From: an uncultured Lachnospiraceae bacterium
GTDB taxonomy: Bacteria; Bacillota; Clostridia; Lachnospirales; Lachnospiraceae
DNA length: 36,432 nucleotides
Direction: 5' to 3'
Assembly: GCA_947175845.1 (NCBI GenBank)
Contig: CAMWOK010000001.1
Coordinates: 1 to 36,432 of the forward strand
In this document: positions 9,394 through 18,777 of the stretch, one piece after another
Numbering within the stretch: the stretch's first letter is position 1
Layout: each line of letters begins with the position of its first letter
The notes under the pieces: generated by a model
Told to the model about the DNA's origin: nothing
The model's database searches: none
Seen by the model: the letters and a program-made list of their open reading frames with translations, nothing else
Made by a program: the position numbers and the translations under genes

Positions 9394-11161
9394 GTTTTCC
9401 ACCTCCTTGATTGGACTGGTTAATCTCATCGACATACTTTTCAAACTCACCGTACTGGTGATGGAACACGGTTGCATAATAGCCGTTATTTTTGAGGAGT
9501 TCATCGTGTGTCCCCTGCTCGACAATCCGTCCGTCGTTTAACACCAGTATCAGGTCCGCATCCTTGATGGACGAGATGCGGTATGCGACGATAAAGATCG
9601 TGCAGGCGTGGTCGATATTGTTCAGCTGCTGCTGGATATAACTCTCCGTCTCCATGTCGACAGCGGAGGTCGTGTCGTCGAGTATCAATATGGAAGGCTC
9701 TTTCAGGAGTGCTCTTGCCAGCGAGATGCGTTGCTTTTGTCCGCCCGACAGCCCCACGCCGCGCTCGCCGACGATCGTGTCGTAGCCGTCGGGCATCGCG
9801 CGGATAAAGCTGTCGGCGTCTGCCATGACTGCAGCTTTCTGCACTTCCTCGAAAGGGCAGTCGGGTCTGCTGTAAGCGATGTTTCCCTCCACGGTGTCCG
9901 AGAAGAGAAAGACGTCCTGCATCGCCATGCCGATGTTCTGGCGGAGATTGTAGAGATCCAGATCTTTGACATTTCTGCCGTCCACTAGCACCTCGCCGTC
10001 CGTGACATCGTAGAAGCGGCAGAGCAGGTTCATGATGGTGGATTTACCGGATCCGGTTGAGCCGAGGATTCCGACTGTCTGGCCGCTCTTTACCCGGAAG
10101 CTGACATTGTGGATAATATCCTCGTCGTCAGCGCTGTAGGACACATTTCGAAACTCGACATTGCCCTGGAGTTTTTTGCAGGGGATCGGTCTGGCCGGGT
10201 GCTTTACGTTGGGTTCCTCGCTGTACGTCGCATAGATTTTTTCAACCGAGGTCGTGAAGCGCTGGATATCGTTGATACGCCAGCCAATCTGGCGCAGCGG
10301 GTTCATGAGCATCCAGAGATAACCGTTGATTGTGACGTAGTTTCCGAGCGTCATACTGCCTTGAATTACCATGATACTGCCGACGAGCATCAGGATGACA
10401 GTGAGCATGTTTGACAGAAATTCAAACAGCGGCACATACTTTGTCCAGATTTCTGCCGCGGCGAGTTCTGCGTCCCTGTATCCGTCATTTTCCTTATTAA
10501 ATTTTCCAATCTCGTAATCCTCCTTGGAGAACGCCTTGACCACACGGTTTCCGCTGACGTTTTCCTGCACGAAGGTGTTGAGCGAGGAGAACTGCTCGCG
10601 GATGCGCTGAAAGCGCGGTCTGCCGTTTTTGCTCTGGCTCAGCGTCACGAGCAGCGCGAAGGGAAGCACCGCGCACATGCACAGTGCGAGCTTCCAGCTG
10701 ACCGTGAAGATCATGATCAGAGAAAAGGCGAACAGGAAAACATTTTCATACACCTGATAAATAACAAATGATATGAAATGCCGGATGGCGTCCATGTCTC
10801 CGGTCTGCCGGCTGAGGAGGTCTCCGGTCCGCTTCTTGTTATAGAAGTTAAAGTCCTCCTGCAGCAGTTTGCGGTAAACGGTGTCGCGCATGGTGTACAG
10901 CACGTCCTGCGAGCAGGTTTCAAAGATAACCTGAGACCAGTAGCGCATCGTGCCGCGCAGTACCGTGATGATGACGAGCAGCGCGATCAGCCCCGGGAGC
11001 AGGGCATAGTTTCCTGCCGTGATGACGTCGTCCACGATGGAACCGGAGACGATCGGTTTCACAATGGCGAGGACGGAGATTACCGTCACCAGCACAAGCC
11101 CCAGCGCCATGCTTTTGTTGTGCTTTCTTAGAAAAGAGTAGAACCATTTCATGGCAGTCAT
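9380..11161 (-). CDS. Heterodimeric ABC exporter subunit 1 (TMD+NBD; degenerate Walker B and H-loop)
   Basis: GSTGSGKST, LSGGQKQR, ILILDDTTS (D for catalytic E), VAYR (Y for H). This is the degenerate-site pattern of TM287/288- and LmrCD-type exporters. Start MTAMKW at 11161 with a GAGGT RBS. Confidence 0.92.
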   Translation of the reverse strand: MTAMKWFYSFLRKHNKSMALGLVLVTVISVLAIVKPIVSGSIVDDVITAGNYALLPGLIALLVIITVLRGTMRYWSQVIFETCSQDVLYTMRDTVYRKLLQEDFNFYNKKRTGDLLSRQTGDMDAIRHFISFVIYQVYENVFLFAFSLIMIFTVSWKLALCMCAVLPFALLVTLSQSKNGRPRFQRIREQFSSLNTFVQENVSGNRVVKAFSKEDYEIGKFNKENDGYRDAELAAAEIWTKYVPLFEFLSNMLTVILMLVGSIMVIQGSMTLGNYVTINGYLWMLMNPLRQIGWRINDIQRFTTSVEKIYATYSEEPNVKHPARPIPCKKLQGNVEFRNVSYSADDEDIIHNVSFRVKSGQTVGILGSTGSGKSTIMNLLCRFYDVTDGEVLVDGRNVKDLDLYNLRQNIGMAMQDVFLFSDTVEGNIAYSRPDCPFEEVQKAAVMADADSFIRAMPDGYDTIVGERGVGLSGGQKQRISLARALLKEPSILILDDTTSAVDMETESYIQQQLNNIDHACTIFIVAYRISSIKDADLILVLNDGRIVEQGTHDELLKNNGYYATVFHHQYGEFEKYVDEINQSNQGGGKHGTK

Positions 11162-11542
11162 TGTTATGTACCTCACTTTTCCTTGGTTTTGTGTGCGCGG
11201 GCGCAGTGTGTACGCGCCCCGTGCACGGGCAGATTGGTTCTGTCCGGTTTTATGGCTGTCCATACAGTATAGTCTAAAAACTTGTAAAAAGGAAGCCAAA
11301 AAGTGTTACATTTTAATGCAATAATTGGCTATTTCTCTTCATAAAAAAGCAGAGCCGGATATTGTTACAGATTTGCATATTGCAGCACAAAAAAGAAAAA
11401 ACTTTAGATGAAAAGTGTATAAAAAACAAAAATCTGGAGAGAATCAACTGTATAAAGTTTACAAAGAAAACAGAGATTGTATACAGCAAAGAAAAACCCG
11501 GCCTTGAAAACGACGAAAAGCGCCGGGAACCGACAAAACAGC

Positions 11543-11571
11543 TTTACTTTGAACATATTGTATACTATAAT
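11543..11571 (+). promoter_or_regulatory. sigma-A-type promoter of the HPr-like gene
   Basis: TTTACT, 17 nt, TATAAT (11566-11571). Confidence 0.55.
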
Positions 11572-11659
11572 GTGCAGAACAGAAGTTGTAAAAGCCGTAA
11601 AGGTTCTGTTGTATGTGCGTCAAGATTGATGTTTATGTGCAGAAAGGATGTTGTTATTT

Positions 11660-11884
11660 ATGAGAGAACGCAAAATTAAAATGACACCCGCAGAAGTTCA
11701 GAAGTTTGTCACCGAGGCATCCAAGTGTGACTTTGACATTGATATTTCTTACAATCGCTACACAGTCGATGCCAAGTCAATCCTCGGTGTGATGGGATTG
11801 GATTTCCGGTCAGTCCTCACGCTGCAGTACGCAGGGGACAACGACGAGTTCGAGCGCTATGTGAGCGGACTTTCCATCGCGTAA
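11660..11884 (+). CDS. HPr-family phosphocarrier-like protein lacking the His15 motif
   Basis: 74 aa containing VDAKSILGVMGL (Ser46 motif) and FVxxAxK; no His anywhere in the protein; RBS AGAAAGGA. Confidence 0.85.
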   Translation: MRERKIKMTPAEVQKFVTEASKCDFDIDISYNRYTVDAKSILGVMGLDFRSVLTLQYAGDNDEFERYVSGLSIA

Positions 11885-11913
11885 CAAGGTGCAGACAGGG
11901 AACAATCTGATTG

Positions 11914-11959
11914 ACTCTCTCCAGATGATGGGTTAAACTGTCATTTAGAGAGAGTTTTT
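11914..11959 (+). terminator. Intrinsic terminator after the HPr-like gene
   Basis: ACTCTCTC-c-AGATGATGG...CTGTCATTT-a-GAGAGAGT followed by TTTT. Confidence 0.7.
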
Positions 11960-11977
11960 CATACAGAGGGGAGAATC

Positions 11978-14470
11978 ATGGAGATACGCGTATCGGTCCG
12001 GCAGCTTGTGGAGTTTATACTGCGCGGGGGCAGCATTGACAACCGAAGATCAGGAGGGTCGGACACTGCGATGCAGGAGGGAAGCCGCATCCACAGGATG
12101 ATACAGCGGCGCATGGGCAGCGAGTACCACGCGGAGATCGGCCTGCAGTATACATGGAGCACGCCGGAATATGATATTATAATAGAAGGAAGAGCCGACG
12201 GAATCATCGATTATCACTGGGGCGAACACAACAAGACGAATGTTGTTGACGAGAGGGAATCCCTTCCGGCGCCTGCGCGGGAGGAGCAGGTTATCATCGA
12301 CGAGATCAAGGGTACTTACAGGGAGCTTAGGCGTATCACAGCGCCTGTGGGTGTCCATCTTGCGCAGGCGAAATGTTACGCGTTTATGTACGCGCAGGAG
12401 AATCATATCGAACAGATTCAGGTGCGCATGACCTACTGTCACATCGAGACGGAGGAACTGAAATATTTTCATGAGGACTACACATTTTCGGAGCTGCAGC
12501 TATGGTTTGACGAACTGATGCAGGAGTACAGGAAGTGGGCGGATTTCCAGTTTACCTGGAATGCGGCCCGCACTGCGTCGATCCGCCAGCTCGTTTTTCC
12601 GTTTTCTTACCGCGAGGGACAGAAAGAGCTTGTCACATATGTCTATCAGACAATCTATCACAGAAGAAAACTGTTTCTCGAGGCGCCGACAGGCGTCGGA
12701 AAGACGATCTCCACAGTGTTTCCAGCGGTGAAAGCCATGGGGGAGGGCATGGCGGAGAAGCTCTTTTATCTCACGGCAAAGACCATCACCCGGACTGTGG
12801 CGCAGGAATGTTTTGGACTGCTGCAGCAAAGCGGGCTTCACATGAAGACGATCGCGCTGACCGCGAAGGACAAGATCTGCTTTATGAAAAGCGAGGGGGC
12901 TGCGGAGGAGGAGACGCTCGAGAGACAGGCGGAGGCGGAGTGCAATCCGGAGGCATGCCCGTATGCAGACGGTCATTTTGACCGCATCAACGATGCCATG
13001 TACGATCTGCTGATCCACGAGGATCACTTTACGCGGGAGTCGCTGCAGGCGTATGCGATGCGCCATCGGGTGTGTCCCTTTGAGCTCAGTCTTGACATGA
13101 GCCTGTTCTCGGATGCCATCATCTGCGACTACAACTATGTGTTTGATCCGAGAGTGTATCTCAAACGCTTTTTTGCCGACGGCGTTGGTAAGCGGGATTA
13201 TGTGTTTTTGATTGATGAGACGCACAACCTTCTAGACAGGGGGCGGGAGATGTACAGTGCATCGCTGTTCAAGAACGATTTCCTGCACGCGAAGCGCCTG
13301 ATCAGGGATGCTGCCCCGAAGATCGCAAAGCATCTTGACAAATGCAACCGGGAACTGCTTGTCATGAAGAGGGCGTGCGAGGGCTGCCGGGTGGATGAGG
13401 GCATTGACGGGTTTGTGTTGGAATTAAACCGTCTGTACGGAGTGATGGACGATTTTCTCGACGAGCACGACACGTTCCCTGGCAGGAGAGAACTGCTGGA
13501 ATTTTATTTTGAGATCACGCATTTCCTCAACATATATGAGCTGATGGATGACAGTTATGTGGTTTACAGCCAGCTGATGGATGACGGTGATTTTATGCTG
13601 AAACTGCTGTGTGTCAACCCGGCACAAAACCTGCGGCAGTGTATGCAGAAGGGGCGCAGTGCGATTCTGTTCTCGGCGACGCTGCTGCCGGTACAATATT
13701 ATAAGAAGCTTCTCGGCGGCGAGCCAAAGGACTATGAGGTCTATGCCAAATCCACCTTCGACGAGGCAAAGAAAGCGCTGCTGATCGCAAACGACGTCAC
13801 AAGCAAATATGCCCGAAGGGGTGATGAGGAATTTCGGCGCATCGCGCGCTACATATATGAGGTGGTGTGCCAGCGGCATGGAAATTACATGGTATTCCTG
13901 CCGTCCCATCTTTTTCTGGAACAGGTCTACGACTGGTTTATGCAGGAGTACTATGACCAGAATGTCATGGAGTGCATCGTGCAGGAAGATCACATGAGCG
14001 AGGCAATGCGGGAAGAATTTCTGATGCGTTTTCAGGGAAATGCGGACAGGGAGCCTGATTGTGCGCTCGGGGGAGCGGACGGGACGATTCTGATCGGATT
14101 CTGTGTGATGGGGGGAATTTTCTCTGAAGGAATTGACTTGAAGCGCGACAGCCTGATCGGTGCGCTGATCGTGGGGACAGGCATTCCACAGGTGGGCTGT
14201 GAGCGGGAGCTGCTCAGAAAGTACTTTGATGCGCGTGGGGAGAACGGGTTTGACTACGCGTACCGGTATCCGGGAATGAACAAGGTGCTGCAGTCTGCAG
14301 GCCGCGTGATCCGGACGGTGGAGGACATCGGGGTGGTGGCGCTGCTCGACGAGCGTTTCTTAGAGCCGCAGTACAGGCGTATGTTCCCGCGGGAATGGAG
14401 CCAGTATGAGATTGTGGATGTGTCAGGAATCGGGAGAAAAGTGGAAAAGTTCTGGAATGAGTGGCTGTAG
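11978..14470 (+). CDS. XPD/Rad3/DinG-family Fe-S DNA helicase with N-terminal PD-(D/E)xK nuclease-like domain
   Basis: Walker A APTGVGKT, motif II DETH, SATL, FSEGID, motif VI QSAGRVIR. Four Fe-S Cys (KICF..ECNPEACPY..VCPF). N-terminal GxxxH...GRADG...DEIKG...QAKCY. Confidence 0.88.
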   Translation: MEIRVSVRQLVEFILRGGSIDNRRSGGSDTAMQEGSRIHRMIQRRMGSEYHAEIGLQYTWSTPEYDIIIEGRADGIIDYHWGEHNKTNVVDERESLPAPAREEQVIIDEIKGTYRELRRITAPVGVHLAQAKCYAFMYAQENHIEQIQVRMTYCHIETEELKYFHEDYTFSELQLWFDELMQEYRKWADFQFTWNAARTASIRQLVFPFSYREGQKELVTYVYQTIYHRRKLFLEAPTGVGKTISTVFPAVKAMGEGMAEKLFYLTAKTITRTVAQECFGLLQQSGLHMKTIALTAKDKICFMKSEGAAEEETLERQAEAECNPEACPYADGHFDRINDAMYDLLIHEDHFTRESLQAYAMRHRVCPFELSLDMSLFSDAIICDYNYVFDPRVYLKRFFADGVGKRDYVFLIDETHNLLDRGREMYSASLFKNDFLHAKRLIRDAAPKIAKHLDKCNRELLVMKRACEGCRVDEGIDGFVLELNRLYGVMDDFLDEHDTFPGRRELLEFYFEITHFLNIYELMDDSYVVYSQLMDDGDFMLKLLCVNPAQNLRQCMQKGRSAILFSATLLPVQYYKKLLGGEPKDYEVYAKSTFDEAKKALLIANDVTSKYARRGDEEFRRIARYIYEVVCQRHGNYMVFLPSHLFLEQVYDWFMQEYYDQNVMECIVQEDHMSEAMREEFLMRFQGNADREPDCALGGADGTILIGFCVMGGIFSEGIDLKRDSLIGALIVGTGIPQVGCERELLRKYFDARGENGFDYAYRYPGMNKVLQSAGRVIRTVEDIGVVALLDERFLEPQYRRMFPREWSQYEIVDVSGIGRKVEKFWNEWL

Positions 14471-14603
14471 GACTGTACAGACAGACACAGATCTGCTATA
14501 CTGTCTGGGGCATAGTGTTATGAAAAAGTGGAAGGTAGAGCGAAATATAAAATTTCACCATCGAGATTAGTACGCCTGCAAAAGCAGGCAGATTGGAGTT
14601 AGA

Positions 14604-15770
14604 ATGAAAATTGCAGTGTCGGGAATTGGATATGTAGGACTTTCAAATGCGATATTGTTGGCGCAGAACAATGAAGTGACAGCTGTGGATGTGGTTCCCG
14701 AGAAGGTGGAGCTGATCAACAGCAAAAAGTCGCCCATCATTGACAAGGAGATTGAGGAGTATCTAAAGACAAAGGATTTGAAGCTGCGGGCTACGACGGA
14801 CGGCGCCGAGGCATATAAGGATGCGGAGTATGTTGTCATCGCGACGCCGACCAACTATGACCCAGACAAGAACTATTTTGACACAAGTTCCATAGAGACC
14901 GTCATAGAGCTGGTGCTCAAAGTCAACAAAGATGCGGTCATGATCATCAAATCGACTGTTCCGGTCGGATATACAAGGGCGGTGCGGGAGCGGTTTGGTG
15001 TCGACAACATTATCTTCTCACCGGAGTTTCTGCGCGAGGGCAGGGCGCTGTACGACAATCTCTATCCGTCGCGCATCATCGTCGGGGAGCAGTCGGAGCG
15101 CGCAAAAGTGTTTGCCGGTCTGCTCAGGCAGGGAGCGATCAAGCAGGATATCCCCACGCTGTTTACCGACGTGACGGAGGCGGAGGCGATCAAACTGTTT
15201 GCCAACACCTACCTGGCACTCAGGGTCGCATACTTCAACGAGCTGGACACCTACGCGGAGATGCGGGGACTCAGCTCAAAGCAGATTATTGAGGGGGTGG
15301 GGCTCGATCCCAGAATCGGCGGCCACTACAACAATCCCTCCTTTGGCTACGGCGGATACTGCCTGCCTAAGGATACGAAGCAGCTGCGCGCAAACTATGA
15401 GAATGTGCCAAACAACATCATTTCTGCGATCGTGGACGCCAACCGGACCAGAAAGGACCACATTGCGGACATGATACTGGCGAGGAAGCCGCAGATCGTG
15501 GGTGTGTACCGGCTCACGATGAAGACGGACTCCGACAATTTCCGCCAGTCCTCCATACAGGGCATCATGAAGCGGATCAAGGCAAAGGGCGTCGAGGTTG
15601 TCGTGTACGAGCCAAGCCTGAAAGAGGACAGTTTCTTCCGGTCCAGGGTCATACAGGATCTGGGAGTGTTCAAGGAGATGTCTGACGTCATCATCGCCAA
15701 CCGTCTGACAGAGGAGCTTGCGGATGTGGAGGACAAAATCTATACAAGAGATATCTACGGCAGGGATTAA
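14604..15770 (+). CDS. ugd: UDP-glucose 6-dehydrogenase
   Basis: GIGYVGL Rossmann motif, [16 protein letters not shown], catalytic [10 protein letters not shown]. An extended -10 TGcTATACT lies at 14494-14502. Confidence 0.95.
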   Translation: MKIAVSGIGYVGLSNAILLAQNNEVTAVDVVPEKVELINSKKSPIIDKEIEEYLKTKDLKLRATTDGAEAYKDAEYVVIATPTNYDPDKNYFDTSSIETVIELVLKVNKDAVMIIKSTVPVGYTRAVRERFGVDNIIFSPEFLREGRALYDNLYPSRIIVGEQSERAKVFAGLLRQGAIKQDIPTLFTDVTEAEAIKLFANTYLALRVAYFNELDTYAEMRGLSSKQIIEGVGLDPRIGGHYNNPSFGYGGYCLPKDTKQLRANYENVPNNIISAIVDANRTRKDHIADMILARKPQIVGVYRLTMKTDSDNFRQSSIQGIMKRIKAKGVEVVVYEPSLKEDSFFRSRVIQDLGVFKEMSDVIIANRLTEELADVEDKIYTRDIYGRD

Positions 15771-15784
15771 ATATCCCTGCTTTT
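15760..15784 (+). terminator. Intrinsic terminator overlapping the ugd stop codon
   Basis: GCAGGGAT-taaat-ATCCCTGC followed by TTTT. Confidence 0.8.
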
Positions 15785-15857
15785 GTTGATTCTCCCTAAA
15801 AAAGTTGTCGGATTTCGGATATTTTCGCTGAAAATGCGGGGGCTGTTGAATATAATC

Positions 15858-15886
15858 TTGCTATTTGTTCAGTGAGATGCTATGAT
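15858..15886 (+). promoter_or_regulatory. sigma-A promoter of the malQ-LacI operon
   Basis: TTGCTA, 17 nt, TATGAT with an extended -10 TG (15878-15879). Confidence 0.7.
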
Positions 15887-15897
15887 ATCTTTAATTA

Positions 15898-15913
15898 TCG
15901 GAAACGTTACCGA
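15898..15913. promoter_or_regulatory. LacI-family (MalR-like) operator
   Basis: TCGGAAACGTTACCGA, a palindrome with a central CG just downstream of the predicted TSS; a LacI gene follows malQ. Confidence 0.8.
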
Positions 15914-16010
15914 AAAGCGTGTCAGGGATTGTGTGGTTTACATTGTCCCTGTTTCTTGATATACTGGAAATCAGAAAAACTGAACTTTTTGTGTGGAAAG
16001 GGGAATGTGT

Positions 16011-17528
16011 ATGAGAAGAAGTGGTGTACTGATGCCAATATCCAGCCTGCCGTCAAGGTTTGGGATTGGCGGATTTTCAAGAGAAGCCTATGAGTTTGTG
16101 GATTTCCTGGCAGCGTCCGGCCAGTCGCTGTGGCAGATTCTGCCGCTGGGGCCTACAGGGTATGGTGATTCACCGTACCAGTCATTTTCAACTTTTGCAG
16201 GCAGCCCGTATTATATCAGCCTGGACGAACTGATCGAGGAGGGGCTGCTGACGGAGGAGGAGTGTCTGTCTGTTGACTTTGGTAACGATTCCGGCAAAGT
16301 GGATTATGAGAAAATATACAACACAAGATTCCGGCTTCTCAGAAAGGCATTTGAGCGGGCTGACATCAGCCAGGATCCGGATTTTCAGGAGTTTTCCGCA
16401 GCCAATGAGCGGTGGCTGAACGACTATGCGATGTACATGGCAGTCAAGGACGCGCTCGGGGGCGTGTCGTGGATTGAGTGGGATGAGGATATCCGTCTCA
16501 GAAAGCCAAAGGCGATGAAGAAATACCAGAAGGAGCTTGGGGACGCCATCTCTTTCTACTGTTATCAGCAGTACCTCTTCTCGAGGCAGTGGATGGCGCT
16601 CAAGGCCTACGCCAACAAAAAAGGGATCCGCATCGTGGGCGACATCCCGATCTATGTGGCGTTTGACAGTGCGGATACCTGGGCAAATCCCGAATTGTTC
16701 CAGCTCGACAAAAAGAACGTGCCGACAGCGGTTGCCGGCTGCCCGCCCGACGCGTTCTCAGCGACCGGACAGCTCTGGGGGAATCCGCTGTACAGGTGGG
16801 ATTACCATGAGGAGACCGGTTTTGCGTGGTGGATTGAACGCCTCGCACACTGCTTTGCGGTCTATGACATTGTGCGCATTGACCATTTCAGGGGATTTGA
16901 CGAGTACTGGGCAATTCCGTACGGCGACGAGACGGCCGAGAACGGTGCGTGGAAGACAGGCCCGGGCTACAAGCTCTTTGCGGCGATGAAGAAATCACTT
17001 GGCAGATGTGAGGTGATCGCGGAGGATCTGGGCTTTTTGACGCCGAGCGTGCTGAAACTTGTCAAAAAGACAGGGTATCCTGGCATGAAAGTGCTGCAGT
17101 TTGCTTTTGACGCGGGCGGGGAGAGCGACTATCTGCCTCACAATTATACCAACAACTGCGTGGTGTACACAGGGACACATGACAACGATACCGTGAACGG
17201 CTGGATTCCCACTATAAACAGAGCGGACCTCGCATTTTTAAAGAATTACTTAAATGTCAAAAAGACGTCGGAGATCGGCGAGAGCCTGATTCGGGCAGCG
17301 CTCGGCAGCGTTGCGGACACGGCGATCATTCCCATGCAGGATTACTTGGGGCTTGGCGGGGAGGCGCGCATCAACACGCCTTCGACGCTGGGAGGAAACT
17401 GGGAGTGGCGCATGGAGCGCGGCGCGTGCACGGAGGAGCTATCGGCGCACATGCTTGAACTGGCACAGCTCTACAGGAGAGAGGCGCGCAGAGGCAGCGG
17501 CAGAAATCGAGTGAAACAAACCAAATAA
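16011..17528 (+). CDS. malQ: 4-alpha-glucanotransferase (amylomaltase, GH77)
   Basis: WQILPLGPTGYGDSPY, GDIPIYV, GQLWGNPLY, RIDHFRG, IAEDLG, YTGTHDNDT, RINTP...NWxWR. Start at 16011 after an AAAGGGGA RBS. Confidence 0.95.
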   Translation: MRRSGVLMPISSLPSRFGIGGFSREAYEFVDFLAASGQSLWQILPLGPTGYGDSPYQSFSTFAGSPYYISLDELIEEGLLTEEECLSVDFGNDSGKVDYEKIYNTRFRLLRKAFERADISQDPDFQEFSAANERWLNDYAMYMAVKDALGGVSWIEWDEDIRLRKPKAMKKYQKELGDAISFYCYQQYLFSRQWMALKAYANKKGIRIVGDIPIYVAFDSADTWANPELFQLDKKNVPTAVAGCPPDAFSATGQLWGNPLYRWDYHEETGFAWWIERLAHCFAVYDIVRIDHFRGFDEYWAIPYGDETAENGAWKTGPGYKLFAAMKKSLGRCEVIAEDLGFLTPSVLKLVKKTGYPGMKVLQFAFDAGGESDYLPHNYTNNCVVYTGTHDNDTVNGWIPTINRADLAFLKNYLNVKKTSEIGESLIRAALGSVADTAIIPMQDYLGLGGEARINTPSTLGGNWEWRMERGACTEELSAHMLELAQLYRREARRGSGRNRVKQTK

Positions 17529-17555
17529 AAGTTGAAATGTAACTGAGGTGGTAGG

Positions 17556-18593
17556 GTGTTTGAGCCGACAATCAAGGACATAGCCCATATCTGCGGCGTG
17601 GGTGTCAGCACTGTATCGAGGGCGATCAATGACCACCCGGATATCAATCCGGAGACAAAAGAGAAGATTATGGACGCGATCCGGGAGTATGGCTATGTTC
17701 CCAACGACAGCGCGCGCAATTTAAAGAGAGTGGACGCAAAGGCGATCGCAGTGCTTGTGAAAGGGATTGCAAACCCGTTTTTTACCAATATGATCAAGAC
17801 GATTGAGAAGGAGTGCAAGAAAAAGAGGTATGCGATGGAGCTGTCCCATATTGAGGCGGACGAGGATGAGGTAGATGTGGCCCAGAAGGTGGTCAAGGAG
17901 AAGCGGCTGCGCGGCATTATCTTTCTGGGGGGCCTGTTTTCCCACTCGGAGGAAAAATTAAAGAAACTCAATGTGCCGTTTGTGTTCAGCACGGTCGGAG
18001 CGATCCCGGAGAACATCAGCAGAAAGGCGTACTCGAGCATCAGCGTCGACGACCGCAGGGAGAGCGCGCGAATGGTGGAGTATCTGATTGGGCTGGGGCA
18101 TACGAAGATCGCGATCCTCGTGGCGGAAGCACAGGAGGAGAGCATCGGCAAACTGCGGCTTGAGGGATACTGTGACGCGCTGCGGTCACATGGCATCACA
18201 ATAGAGCCGAAACTGATCTGTCAGACACAGGATGAACTGAGCCATTTTTCCATGGAAAATGGCTATCTGTCAACGCGAAGGCTGCTCGAGCGGGGGGAAG
18301 CGTTCACAGCGCTGTACGCGGTGGCGGACGCGCTTGCCATCGGGGCGCTGCGGGCACTGTATGAGGCGGGGCTGCGCGTCCCGCAGGATATTTCCCTTGC
18401 AGGGTTTGACGGGATCGACATGACAGACTATACCGTCCCGAGCATCACGACAATGCGCCAGCCGGTCGAGGAGATGGCAAAGGACACGACAAGGCTGCTC
18501 TTTGACATCATTGCGAAGAAGACAAAGCACCAGCATATTGTGTATGATGCGGAGCTTGCAGTAAAAGAGTCCACGGCTTGTGGCGGCTCCTGA
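17556..18593 (+). CDS. LacI-family transcriptional regulator (probably maltose/maltodextrin)
   Basis: HTH TIKDIAHICGVGVSTVSRAIN, hinge YVPNDSARNL, C-terminal VPQDISLAGFDG and ITTMRQP; GTG start. Confidence 0.93.
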   Translation: MFEPTIKDIAHICGVGVSTVSRAINDHPDINPETKEKIMDAIREYGYVPNDSARNLKRVDAKAIAVLVKGIANPFFTNMIKTIEKECKKKRYAMELSHIEADEDEVDVAQKVVKEKRLRGIIFLGGLFSHSEEKLKKLNVPFVFSTVGAIPENISRKAYSSISVDDRRESARMVEYLIGLGHTKIAILVAEAQEESIGKLRLEGYCDALRSHGITIEPKLICQTQDELSHFSMENGYLSTRRLLERGEAFTALYAVADALAIGALRALYEAGLRVPQDISLAGFDGIDMTDYTVPSITTMRQPVEEMAKDTTRLLFDIIAKKTKHQHIVYDAELAVKESTACGGS

Positions 18594-18613
18594 ATCAGGA
18601 GGCGCCACAAGCC
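18575..18613. repeat. 39-bp near-perfect palindrome spanning the LacI stop codon
   Basis: GGCTTGTGGCGgCTCCTGA-a-TCAGGAGgCGCCACAAGCC; 18 of 19 arm positions pair. Confidence 0.8.
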
Positions 18614-18649
18614 TGATAAATCCATTTGAATCGTCCGCCACCGGCAGCA

Positions 18650-18676
18650 GTCCTGGATATTTGTCCGGGATTTTTT
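18650..18676 (+). terminator. Intrinsic terminator after the LacI gene
   Basis: GTCCTGGAT-attt-GTCCGGGAT (with G-U pairs) followed by a T tract. Confidence 0.6.
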
Positions 18677-18777
18677 GTATTTAGAGGTTTTTTTGTGCGC
18701 GCAAATGGTATATAATAAAAAAGATTCAGGGGAAAATACGGACTATCGCACAGAAGCGGAGAACAGGAGCAAGCTTT

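Noticed and set aside
7603-11161. Non-canonical Walker B, H-loop and signature motifs as signs of pseudogenisation
   Set aside because: This is the normal degenerate-site arrangement of heterodimeric ABC exporters.
11566-11615. TATAAT...CCGTAAA resembling a purine riboswitch
   Set aside because: The ATATGG loop and GTTTCTAC junction are missing, and the TATAAT is better explained as a -10 box.
11362-11679. 105-aa Lys-rich ORF
   Set aside because: AT-rich intergenic DNA overlapping the HPr-like promoter, with no RBS or motif.
17539-17548. GTAACTGAGG identical to the MITE right junction (27902-27911)
   Set aside because: Only 10 bp, with no partner TIR or duplication; it overlaps the LacI RBS and is probably chance.
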